A stretch of 64,000 nt of DNA from Myxococcota bacterium (GTDB lineage: Bacteria > Myxococcota_A > UBA796 > UBA2385), in contig JBIJDH010000010.1 of assembly GCA_044344255.1 (NCBI GenBank), positions 32,001-96,000 on the forward strand. The letters are read 5' to 3'. A program made the translations under genes and the position numbers. The notes beneath the pieces were generated by a model, which was given only the letters and a program-made list of their open reading frames with translations, searched no databases and was not told where the DNA came from. Positions 8,978 through 17,855 of this stretch are shown here, in pieces. Positions within the stretch are counted from its first letter, which is position 1. Each line of letters begins with the position of its first letter.

Positions 8978-11104
8978 TCAGTAGCCGGAGTAGCCGACGT
9001 AGACGGCGCCCTCGTCGCCAAAGTTGTCCTCACCGGGGTCGCCCATGAGCAGGTCGGCCCGGCCGTCCCCGTCGATGTCACCCAGGCCCACCGCGCCGCC
9101 GGCGGCGTCGCCCGGGCTGCCGAGGAAGGTGGCGTCGGCGTCGGCGAGGGCCTTGCTGCCGCTGCGCCCGCTGATCACGAGCCAGGCGGCGCCCGCCTCC
9201 GCCCCGCCGCCGGAGTCTCCCGGCCCGCCGATGAGGAGGTCGTCCCGGCCGTCTCCATCGACGTCCCCGGCGGCCGAGAGGGCCGTCCCGGCGTTGCCGA
9301 AGACCGTGGTGCCCGTGTAGTTGACGTAGGCGGTGCTCGCGAGGGCCTGCCCGCCGGACGAGAGGTCGACCCCGGAGACCACGTGCACGCGGCCGGCCTG
9401 GGTCACCTGCGTGGGCGCGCCCACGACGAGGTCGGGGACACCGTCGCCGTCGAGGTCACCGGTGGTCAGGGTCGAGCCAGCGCGATCGTTGCTCGCCGCG
9501 CCCGTGAGCGTGCCCGAGGCCCGGGCGACGAGGGTGCCGCTGGTGGGGCTGCTCGTCCCGCCGATGCGGTAGACCGCCCCGGTGTTGGTGTTGACCCCGG
9601 GCGCCCCGATGAAGAGGTCACCTCGGCCGTCGCCGTCGGAGTCGGCGCCCACGATGGCCGAGCCGGCGAGATCGGCGCCCGCGCCCGTCCAGGTGGCTGC
9701 GGCGAGGTCGACGTCGAAGGAGCCGGCGCCGCCGAGGTCATCGCCGAGGAAGAGGTAGACCGCCCCCGCCGACTCCGAAGCGCCCGTCGCGGCCACCGCC
9801 AGCTCATCGACACCATCCCCGTCGAGGTCGGGGATCGCGGCCACCGTCGCGCCGAAGAGGCCGCCCGCCTCTCCGCCCGCGAGCACACGGCCGGCGTCTC
9901 CCACGTCCCGCTCACCGGAGAGCAGGAGCTCGTTCGCCAGGAAGATCCAAACCTTCCCGACAGCGTCCGCGCCCACCAAGGCCGACTCCCCGCCGATCGC
10001 GAGCTCGGGGGCCCCGTCACCGTTGAGGTCGCCCAGAAAGGCGAGCGGCCCCAGGGGCCCGGTGGTGGCCTCCGACAGCAGCCGGAGATCGGCCGAGCCC
10101 GTCGTGGTCGGCCCCACCGACAGGGTGGAGCCCAGGAGCCCCCAGACCATGCCGTCCCCGGCCGCAGACAGGCCGTCGTCGAGGGGCTGCGTGAACACGA
10201 GGTCGGCCATCCCGTCCTCGTCGAGGTCGCCGACGGCGAGGCTGCCGCCCACCATCCCGCCGAGCTCGCCGCCCTGCACGAAGCCGCCGCTGTAGTCCTC
10301 CTCGATGCCGAAGCGGTCGCCCACCCCGTCGCAGTTCGTGTCGTGGCCGTCGATCTGCTCGCGGGCGCCGGGGGCGGCCTCGGCGTCCTCGTCGTCACAG
10401 TCGTCGCCGGTGTAGAGGGCGGAGGCGTAACCATCGCCGTCCTGGTCGTAGTCGTCGTCGCCCCCGCAGTCCGTGTCCTGCCCGTCGTACCAGACGTCGA
10501 GCGCGCCCGGGTGGACGTCCTCGTCGAGGTCATCACAGTCGAGGCCGGTGGCGAGCTCGGCGGCGGCGTCGTACCCATCGCCGTCCTGGTCGTAGTCGCT
10601 GTGCCCGTCGCAGTCCTGGTCGGTGCCGTCGTACCAGTCGTCGGGCGCGCCCGGCCAGACGTCGGGGTCGGTGTCGTCGCAGTCGTTGCCGCCGGAGACG
10701 CTGGCCTGGAAGCCGTCCTGGTCCTGGTCGTCGTCGTCGTCGCCGCGGCAGTCCTGATCGACCCCGTCGTACCAGACCTCCACCGCCGCAGGGTTCACGG
10801 CGGAGTTGGTGTCGTCGCAATCGGCGCCGCCGGCGGCGTTGCCCTCGAAGCCGTCCTGATCCTGGTCGTTGTCGTTCTCGCCGCCGCAGTCCTGGTCGAC
10901 CCCGTCGTACCAGACCTCGGTGGCGCCGGGGTAGACGGCGGCGTCGGCGTCATTACAGTCGGTGGTCTGATCGAAGCCGTCGCCGTCGAGGTCGGCCACG
11001 CCGCCGCCGCCCTCATCACCGCCCTCACCTTTGTCACCGCACGCGGCGCCGAGCAGGAGGAGCGTCAGGACGGGCATCAAACGACGCGGGGTCAAGGGCA
11101 ACAT
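8978..11104 (-). CDS. Lipoprotein with five putative metal-binding (MopE-like) motifs and an FG-GAP/integrin-alpha beta-propeller
   Basis: Lipobox GAAC; five DCDD...PGA...DG.DQDC.G repeats; about seven GDLDGDG..DL.IGAP-type repeats. Confidence 0.85.
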   Translation of the reverse strand: MLPLTPRRLMPVLTLLLLGAACGDKGEGGDEGGGGVADLDGDGFDQTTDCNDADAAVYPGATEVWYDGVDQDCGGENDNDQDQDGFEGNAAGGADCDDTNSAVNPAAVEVWYDGVDQDCRGDDDDDQDQDGFQASVSGGNDCDDTDPDVWPGAPDDWYDGTDQDCDGHSDYDQDGDGYDAAAELATGLDCDDLDEDVHPGALDVWYDGQDTDCGGDDDYDQDGDGYASALYTGDDCDDEDAEAAPGAREQIDGHDTNCDGVGDRFGIEEDYSGGFVQGGELGGMVGGSLAVGDLDEDGMADLVFTQPLDDGLSAAGDGMVWGLLGSTLSVGPTTTGSADLRLLSEATTGPLGPLAFLGDLNGDGAPELAIGGESALVGADAVGKVWIFLANELLLSGERDVGDAGRVLAGGEAGGLFGATVAAIPDLDGDGVDELAVAATGASESAGAVYLFLGDDLGGAGSFDVDLAAATWTGAGADLAGSAIVGADSDGDGRGDLFIGAPGVNTNTGAVYRIGGTSSPTSGTLVARASGTLTGAASNDRAGSTLTTGDLDGDGVPDLVVGAPTQVTQAGRVHVVSGVDLSSGGQALASTAYVNYTGTTVFGNAGTALSAAGDVDGDGRDDLLIGGPGDSGGGAEAGAAWLVISGRSGSKALADADATFLGSPGDAAGGAVGLGDIDGDGRADLLMGDPGEDNFGDEGAVYVGYSGY

Positions 11105-11151
11105 CGGCTCCCTCCGGGGAGCGCCACCTTAGACCGGATGGAGCAGCCCGA

Positions 11152-13365
11152 TCAAGGTGCGGAGGCGGCCGCGCCGCGCAAGCGGAGGCTGTTGAGCACC
11201 ACGCTCAGGCTGGAGAGGGCCATCGCCGCCCCGGCCATCATCGGGGTCAGCCGGAGGCCGAAGTGGGGGTAGAGCGCGCCCGCCGCGACGGGGATCGCGA
11301 GCAGGTTGTAGCCGAAGGCCCAGCCCAGGTTCTCGCGGATGGTGCGGAGGGTGGCGGTGGAGATGTCGATGGCGTCGAGCACGAGGCGGAGGTCGGGGCG
11401 CACGAGCGTGACCGGCGCCGCCTCGATGGCCACCGCGGTCGCGCCGCCCATCGCGAAGCCGACGTCGGCGGCGGCGAGGGCGGGGGCGTCGTTCACGCCG
11501 TCCCCCACCATCGCCACGCCCCCCTCGCGGCTCAGCTCCTGCACCCGGCGGGCCTTGTCGGCGGGCAGCACCTCGGCCTCGAAGTCGGCGATGCCGAGCG
11601 CGCGGGCCACAGCCGCTCCCACCCGCTGACTGTCCCCCGTGAGCAGCACCGGCCGGATCCCGCGCGCCTTCAAGGCCGCTACCACCCCGTGGGCCTCGGC
11701 GCGGAGGGGGTCGCGCAGCGCGAGCAGGCCCGCATACTCGCCGTCACAGGTAGCGAAGATGACGGTGGCGCCGGCGTCCTCGTGGTCCCGCCCGAGCTCG
11801 TCGGGGATCTGGACCGGCGCGAGGTGGCGGCGGCTGCCGATCTGCCAGCGCGCGCCCTCCACCTGACCCTCGATGCCGTGGCCCGGCCGCGACTCCACCG
11901 CGCTCGCCGAGGGGAGGGTGAGCCCCGCCGCGGCGCGCACGACGGCCTGTCCGAGCGGGTGCTCGCTCCGAGCCTCGATGGCGGCGAGGGCGGCGAGGAA
12001 GCTCTGCTCGTCACGCTTCGTGTCGTCGCGCTTCGCAGGCTCCACCGCCACCACCTGGAGTCGGCCCTCCGACAGGGTGCCCGTCTTGTCGAAGACGACC
12101 GTGCGCGTGTCCCGGACGCGCTCCAAGGCCGCGCTGTCTCGGAACAGGATGCCCCGCTGGGCCGCCGCCCCCGTGCCCACGAGGATCGCGGTGGGCGTGG
12201 CGAGGCCGAGGGCGCAGGGGCAGGCGATGACGAGCACGGTCACCGCGGCGAGGGCGGCGTCGGCGAAGCCCGGCCCGAAGGCCATCCAGAGGCCGAAGGT
12301 GACCAGGGAGAGGACCATCACGACCGGCGTGAAGACGGCGGAGATGCGGTCGACCAGCCGCTGGACCGGGGGTTTGACCGCCTGCGCCTCCTCGACCGTG
12401 CGCAGGATGTGGTGCAGCGCGGTGTCGGCGCCCACGGCGGTCAGGCGCACCTGGAGCGAGCCCTGGCCGTTGACCGTGCCGGCGAAGACGCTGTCACCGG
12501 GCCCCTTCTCGACCGGCACCGACTCCCCGGTGAGCATGGCCTCATCGAGCGCGCCCCGCCCCTCCTCCACCCGGCCGTCCGCCGCCACCTTGTCGCCGGG
12601 GCGGAGGATGAGCAGGTCACCGGGGAGGAGGCTCCGGGCCGGCACCTCCACCACCGCGCCCCCGCGCCGCACATGGGCGGTGGGCGGGGCCAGGGCGAGC
12701 AGGGCCTGGATCGCCTCGCCGGCCTTCCCCTTGGCGCCGGCCTCGAGGGCGCGGCCGAGCAGCACGAGGGTGACCACCGAGGCCGCCGACTCGAAGTAGA
12801 GCGCGTGGGTAGGCGACAAGCTCGGCCAGACCAGCGCCGCCGCGCTCAGCAGCCAGGCGGCCCCGGCGCCGAGCGAGACGAGCGTGTTCATGTTGGCGCT
12901 GCCCTGCCCCACCGCCTTCCAGCCGTCGAGGAAGAAGCGGCGACCGGGCCAGACGAGCACGACCAGAGACAGCAGGGCCGAGGCCCAGGCCCCCGGCACC
13001 CAATGCATGAAGGCCATCCCGAAGATCACCACCGGGACGGTGAGGACGCCGGCGAGGAGCAGATCGCGGAGGAGGGACCGCCGCTCGGCGCGGTCGAGAT
13101 CGGCGCGGGCCCGGGCGCGGTCGGCGGGCTCTTCGGTGTCGGCGAGCGCGGCAGGCACGCTGAAGCCGGCCCGCTCGACGGCGGCGACGAGCGCGTCGCG
13201 GCCCACGCTGCCGGGCCGGAGGTCGAGGGCGGCCCGCCCGGTGGCGTAGTTGACCGAGGCCTGCTCGACCCCGTCTACCTTCCCGAGCACCTTCTCGAGG
13301 CGCACCGCGCAGGACCCGCAGGTCATGCCGTGGATGGGGAGCTCGACACGCGCGGGGTGGGACAT
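11152..13365 (-). CDS. copA: Copper-translocating P1B-1 type ATPase
   Basis: HMA GMTCGSC, TGES, CPCALGLATP, DKTGT, SEHP, GDGVNDAPAL, YN..AIP and MALSS motifs. Start at ATG 13365. Confidence 0.93.
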   Translation of the reverse strand: MSHPARVELPIHGMTCGSCAVRLEKVLGKVDGVEQASVNYATGRAALDLRPGSVGRDALVAAVERAGFSVPAALADTEEPADRARARADLDRAERRSLLRDLLLAGVLTVPVVIFGMAFMHWVPGAWASALLSLVVLVWPGRRFFLDGWKAVGQGSANMNTLVSLGAGAAWLLSAAALVWPSLSPTHALYFESAASVVTLVLLGRALEAGAKGKAGEAIQALLALAPPTAHVRRGGAVVEVPARSLLPGDLLILRPGDKVAADGRVEEGRGALDEAMLTGESVPVEKGPGDSVFAGTVNGQGSLQVRLTAVGADTALHHILRTVEEAQAVKPPVQRLVDRISAVFTPVVMVLSLVTFGLWMAFGPGFADAALAAVTVLVIACPCALGLATPTAILVGTGAAAQRGILFRDSAALERVRDTRTVVFDKTGTLSEGRLQVVAVEPAKRDDTKRDEQSFLAALAAIEARSEHPLGQAVVRAAAGLTLPSASAVESRPGHGIEGQVEGARWQIGSRRHLAPVQIPDELGRDHEDAGATVIFATCDGEYAGLLALRDPLRAEAHGVVAALKARGIRPVLLTGDSQRVGAAVARALGIADFEAEVLPADKARRVQELSREGGVAMVGDGVNDAPALAAADVGFAMGGATAVAIEAAPVTLVRPDLRLVLDAIDISTATLRTIRENLGWAFGYNLLAIPVAAGALYPHFGLRLTPMMAGAAMALSSLSVVLNSLRLRGAAASAP

Positions 13366-13507
13366 CTGGACCTCGGCGGCCAATCTGCACACCAAGGCCG
13401 CCCTCGGGTAGCGAGGCCGCCGAAGCGACGATCGGCGCCGGCCGGCGAGGTAGACTGTCCGCCCGGCCGCCCGCCGACCCCTCCCCCTCCTCTCCGGACG
13501 GAGCGCC

Positions 13508-15316
13508 GTGCAACCCCGTCGACCACGCTCCTCCGGCCCTGCGATCTGCCGCAGCGCGCTCCTCGCCGGCCTGCTCGCGGGGGGCGGGGCCGCGGCCGCA
13601 CCCGCCCCCCGCGGCGCGGAGCCGGGCGACACGCTCGACCCCCAGGACGAGCGGGGCCGCGCCCTCCTCGCGACCGTCCGCCCGAAGAGGCTCGCCAGCA
13701 CCGCGGTGCTCGTCCACGAAGATGGCGATCAGCTCTACATCGTAGACGACACCAACACCCTGTGGACGGGGATGGCGGGTGACATGGAGCGCCGCTTCAC
13801 CCTCCCCGAGCGCCCCACCGGCCTCCGCCTCGGGGCGCACCTCCTCGCCTGGAGCGTGCAGCAGCGCGGCCTCGTCGCCGAGACCCGCGTGTACAGCCTC
13901 GACCTCGGCAAGGGCACCACCCTGGGCCATCACGAGGAGGCGGCGCTCCTGCTCGACAGCGTCAGCGTCCCCGGCCTCGACGCCCTCTTGTTCCCGGGCG
14001 CCCTCATCCCCCTCGACAGCCGCGCCCCCCTGCCCCTGCCGCCGGCCTCCACGGGCCGCCTCCGGGCCGATGCGGGCCGCCTGGTCGTGACCCTCGACGG
14101 CCGCGACCTCCCCCTCGATCTGGCCACCCTCCGACCCCTGGAGGCGCTGCCGGCCCCTCGGGACGGCGTCGAAGCGCTGATCGACCTCGAGCGCCAGGTC
14201 GCCCGCGCGGCCGCCGCCCTCCAGGGGGACGCGGTCCGCCTCCAGAGCCTCGGCGTCCGCGGCGAGGCGGCGGTGGAGGCCCTCCGCCCCCGCGAGGCCG
14301 AGAAGGTGCGCCCCTTCCGCACCCGCGACGAGTCCAAGGTCAGCGTGCCGCCCGCGCTCCTCGGCCCCGGCGTCACTGTCGTCCTCCACGCGCCCTCCCC
14401 CGCGCTCGACCTCGGCCCCTGGATGGTCGAGGCCGAGGCGCCGGCCTGCCATGCCCGCCTCGTCCTCGCCCCCACCGACGTCGTGGAGGCGGCGTGGTGG
14501 TCGGCGGAGGTCGACCGCCTGCTCGCGCTGCACCCCGGCGGCTGCGGCCTCGACACCCTCGTCGCCGCCCCCGGTGACATCGGCGCCCACGGCGCAGATG
14601 GGCCGCCGAGCGGGCTCTGGTTCGTCGATGCCCAGGGCCGCCTTCTGGGCAGCCACGAGGGCACGGTCACCGCGCCGATGGCCCGCTTCGACCTCGCCCG
14701 CGCCCGCCCCGACCGCGACCCCCTCCGCACCCTCGCCGAGCTGCCCGAGCTGCGGCCGGAGTGGGTCGCCGGCCCGGGCGCGGCCGAGCAGATCGCCCTC
14801 GACGTCGATGGCACCTGGGTGGCCGGCGTCGGCTGGGACCTCCTCCGCGGCACGCCCGACAAGCTGCGGCTCGACCGCGTCCCCCTCTCGGGCCCCGTGC
14901 GGGGGGTCGCCGTGCTGCCGGACGGCCGCTTCCGCGCCGAGAGCGCCGGTCAGCCGGTGATCGTCGACGTCGAGCGGCGACGCCAGGCCTGGGGCCAGGG
15001 CGGCGATGTGGCCACCCGCCGCGCCGCGGACGGCGCCCTCGATCCGCGACCGTGGACGGTGGAGGGCGGGGTCGCCAGCCGACCGCACCCCACGAAGAAG
15101 GGGCAGCGGGTCAAGGTCACCCTCCCCGTGCCCATCACCCGCGGGCAGGCCCGCGGCGACGGCCTCATCTGCGAGACCCGCCTCGGCCTCATCGGCCTCA
15201 ACGGGGAGGGAGTGGCCACCTGGCGCGTCACAGAGCTCTCCGACTGGGTCCTGACGGGCGGCTTCCTCCTCGCCGCCACCCCCACGGGCCTGCGCGCGTA
15301 CCTCCTGCCCGGCTGA
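13508..15316 (+). CDS. Secreted hypothetical protein
   Basis: 602-aa ORF with genome-typical codon usage and a signal-like N-terminus; no family recognised. Confidence 0.6.
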   Translation: MQPRRPRSSGPAICRSALLAGLLAGGGAAAAPAPRGAEPGDTLDPQDERGRALLATVRPKRLASTAVLVHEDGDQLYIVDDTNTLWTGMAGDMERRFTLPERPTGLRLGAHLLAWSVQQRGLVAETRVYSLDLGKGTTLGHHEEAALLLDSVSVPGLDALLFPGALIPLDSRAPLPLPPASTGRLRADAGRLVVTLDGRDLPLDLATLRPLEALPAPRDGVEALIDLERQVARAAAALQGDAVRLQSLGVRGEAAVEALRPREAEKVRPFRTRDESKVSVPPALLGPGVTVVLHAPSPALDLGPWMVEAEAPACHARLVLAPTDVVEAAWWSAEVDRLLALHPGGCGLDTLVAAPGDIGAHGADGPPSGLWFVDAQGRLLGSHEGTVTAPMARFDLARARPDRDPLRTLAELPELRPEWVAGPGAAEQIALDVDGTWVAGVGWDLLRGTPDKLRLDRVPLSGPVRGVAVLPDGRFRAESAGQPVIVDVERRRQAWGQGGDVATRRAADGALDPRPWTVEGGVASRPHPTKKGQRVKVTLPVPITRGQARGDGLICETRLGLIGLNGEGVATWRVTELSDWVLTGGFLLAATPTGLRAYLLPG

Positions 15317-15455
15317 GGCACCGGCCAACGGGCGGACGGCAACCCGGGGGGAGGGCGTGGAAGGGAGCCGCGTCTCGACACGGCGGTGATGTAAGCGCGT
15401 TGACAGTCCCCACCGCCATCGGAAGCGGTTAGCATAGGGGAGATGAGCAAGTCAA

Positions 15456-15495
15456 AGGCAGAGTTCACCAGAGGCAGAGTTCACCAGAGGCAGAG
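15456..15495. repeat. 16-bp tandem repeat AGGCAGAGTTCACCAG x2.5
   Basis: Read directly from the sequence, in the intergenic region. Confidence 0.9.
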
Positions 15496-15687
15496 CGGCC
15501 TCCACCGGCCGGCCGGCGCGCTCGCGCGCAGACGGTGGGTTCGAAGACAATCCAGACACTGTCCAGACGGCTCGGGCCCCCCGGTAGGGGCAGCCGCAAA
15601 GGGTCCGCTCGGCTCGGCGGGGGAGAAGAACGCGGCGACCCCCCAGCCGAGCGACCCCCAGCCTGGGATGGAGACAGGCGACCCTGC

Positions 15688-15719
15688 CTGCGCCCCGCCG
15701 CCCGATCGGCGGGGCGCAG
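15688..15719 (-). terminator. Perfect 13-bp GC hairpin, possible terminator or stabiliser for the 20784-15739 operon
   Basis: CTGCGCCCCGCCG-cccgat-CGGCGGGGCGCAG about 20 nt after the stop at 15739; no U-tract. Confidence 0.45.
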
Positions 15720-15738
15720 CAGCCGCGCCCCCAGCCGC

Positions 15739-17073
15739 TCAGTCTCCGCAGACGTGCTCGGTGACCTGCAGGGCGTCGATGAGGTGGCTGTTGGTGAGCC
15801 CCCCCGTGCCCGCGGTGAAGCCCACGTGGGCGGGGAAGGAGAAGGCCCCGCCGAGGTCCTGGTCGAGGTAGGCCACCTCGTCGATGCGGACGGTCACGCG
15901 CGGCGCGGCCACGACCACCGACATCGTGTGCCAGCCGGTGTCCTCGAGCTCAGGGAGCGCGGCCCAGGCGGCGGGGTCATCGACGTCACCGTCAAAGGTG
16001 AACATGACGTGATCCTCGGCGGTGGGGTCCTGACCCTCGTTGTAGTAGGTGTCGACCTCGATCGACCAGCCGGGCAGCGCAGGGCCGGCGGTGCAGGAGG
16101 CGTCCCCGCCGTAGCCGATGCCGCAGCCGGTGCCGCCGAGGTAGGTCGTCATCCGGTCTGTGTCGATGGCGGTGAGCGAGAGCCCGTCGGCACCCGTCCC
16201 GCCGCCGATGTAGAAGAGAAACTCGATGGTGACGTTGTCCCCGCTGACGGTGTCGGCGGTCTCGAAGGCGGTCCCCACCACGTTCTCCGCAGGGCTCGTG
16301 AGCTCGAGCCAGTCCTGGGTGGCGTCCCAGGTCGCCACGCCCTCGAAGTGCCAGGCGGAGAGGTCAAAGCTGTCGACCTCGTAGCCCTCGTCCTGACAGA
16401 CGGTGGCGCTGGCGCTCGCGACCCCGCCGCAGGAGTCGGTCACGGTCGCGGTGACGACGTGGCCGCCCACGCTCCGGCCGGCGGGCCAGAGGGCGGTGGC
16501 CACCCCGGCGCTGTCCGGGCTGGAGGTGGTGATGAGCCCGTCCACGTCCGAGCTCCAGGAGAGCGAGAGGCTGGTGGGGGCGTCCTCGGCGTCAGAGACG
16601 GTGGCGCGGAGCTCGAGGTCTCCCGGCGCGAGGATGGAGCCGTCGAGCGGGGCCTCGAGGGTGAGGGTGGGCGGCGTATCCGCGGTGGCGGACAGCGGCA
16701 CAGAGAGGATGGCGCTGTCCGGGTCGTCACTCTCGACGTTCACCCGCCCCTCGCCGGCGCCCGTGACGGGGAAGGCGGCGGCGGCCCCGGGAGAGAGGGT
16801 GAAGGGGGTGGCGGGGGCCTCGGCGGCCCAGGCGCCCTCCACCGTGACGCCCGTGACGGTGAGGTCAGCCTCCCCGTCATTGCGGATCTGCACCTCGGCG
16901 GTGGTCTCCCCGCAGGCGCCGATCACCTCGACCTGATCGGGGCTGACGACGATGTCGGGGACACCCGGCTCGGCCGCGGGGCCGGGCTCGTCCTTGCCCG
17001 CGAGGTTGTAGTCGGAGCACCCCACGAAGGCCCCGGCGAACACGAACAGGCGACACAGTCGGGGCGGGATCAT
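15739..17073 (-). CDS. Lipoprotein with Ig-like (choice-of-anchor D-type) domains and a C-terminal L-type lectin-like domain
   Basis: Lipobox FVGC; VQIRNDGEADLTV (Ig-like); second Ig domain LSWSSDVDG...GGHVVTATVTDS; lectin-like GADGLS, SIEVDTYYN and GFTAGTGG. Confidence 0.75.
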   Translation of the reverse strand: MIPPRLCRLFVFAGAFVGCSDYNLAGKDEPGPAAEPGVPDIVVSPDQVEVIGACGETTAEVQIRNDGEADLTVTGVTVEGAWAAEAPATPFTLSPGAAAAFPVTGAGEGRVNVESDDPDSAILSVPLSATADTPPTLTLEAPLDGSILAPGDLELRATVSDAEDAPTSLSLSWSSDVDGLITTSSPDSAGVATALWPAGRSVGGHVVTATVTDSCGGVASASATVCQDEGYEVDSFDLSAWHFEGVATWDATQDWLELTSPAENVVGTAFETADTVSGDNVTIEFLFYIGGGTGADGLSLTAIDTDRMTTYLGGTGCGIGYGGDASCTAGPALPGWSIEVDTYYNEGQDPTAEDHVMFTFDGDVDDPAAWAALPELEDTGWHTMSVVVAAPRVTVRIDEVAYLDQDLGGAFSFPAHVGFTAGTGGLTNSHLIDALQVTEHVCGD

Positions 17074-17122
17074 CGGCGACCTCCTCGCCCCCCAGCCTAC
17101 CACCTCCGATCACCGCCCTCGC

Positions 17123-17851
17123 CTAGCCCCGTCGCAGCCGCCAGACGCCGACCAGCGCCTCCCAGGCGATGTTGAGGCTCATCTTCGACTCGCCGCGCTC
17201 CCGATCCGGGAAGACGATCGGCACCTCGCCGATGCGAAAGCCCCGCTGCCAGGCCCGCCAGGTGAGCTCGATCTGGAAGCCGTAGCCCTGGCTGCGCACG
17301 GCCTCGAGGTCGATGGCCTCGAGCACCTCCCGACGGAAACACTTGAAGCCGCCGGTGAGGTCGCGGTAGGGCAGGCCGAGCACCCCTCGGGCGTAGAGGT
17401 TGCCGCCGCGGGAGAGGGCGAGCCGATGCGGCCCCCAGCCCTCGATGCCGCCGCCCGGCATGTAGCGGCAGCCGAGCACGAGGTCGTGCTCCCGCGCGGC
17501 GGCCAGCATCGCCGGGAGGTAGCGGGGCGGGTGGCTGCCGTCGGCGTCCATCTCGAAGATGTGCGCGTAGGGCCGCTCGAGGGCCCAGCGGAAGCCCGCG
17601 AGGTAGGCCGGGCCGAGGCCGCGGGGCCCGGCCCGGTGCAGGACGTGGACCCGAGGGTCCGCCAGCGCGAGGGCGTCCGCCAGCGCGCCGGTGCCGTCCG
17701 GACTGAGGTCGTCGACCACCAGGACGTGGGCGGCCGGCAGCACGGCCAGCACCGCCGGCACGATGAGGGGGAGGTTGAGCGCCTCGTTGTAGGTGGGGAG
17801 CACCACGAGGGCCCCGGCCCCCGCGCCCTCCCCGGCCAGGCCGATCACCAC
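17123..17851 (-). CDS. Polyprenol monophosphomannose synthase (GT2, DPM1/Ppm1-like)
   Basis: PTYNEALN, VVDDLSPDGT, GLGPAY..GF, EMDADGSH, DLTGGFKCFRR, GYGFQIE and GESKMS motifs. Confidence 0.9.
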   Translation of the reverse strand: MVIGLAGEGAGAGALVVLPTYNEALNLPLIVPAVLAVLPAAHVLVVDDLSPDGTGALADALALADPRVHVLHRAGPRGLGPAYLAGFRWALERPYAHIFEMDADGSHPPRYLPAMLAAAREHDLVLGCRYMPGGGIEGWGPHRLALSRGGNLYARGVLGLPYRDLTGGFKCFRREVLEAIDLEAVRSQGYGFQIELTWRAWQRGFRIGEVPIVFPDRERGESKMSLNIAWEALVGVWRLRRG

Positions 17852-17855
17852 GGGA

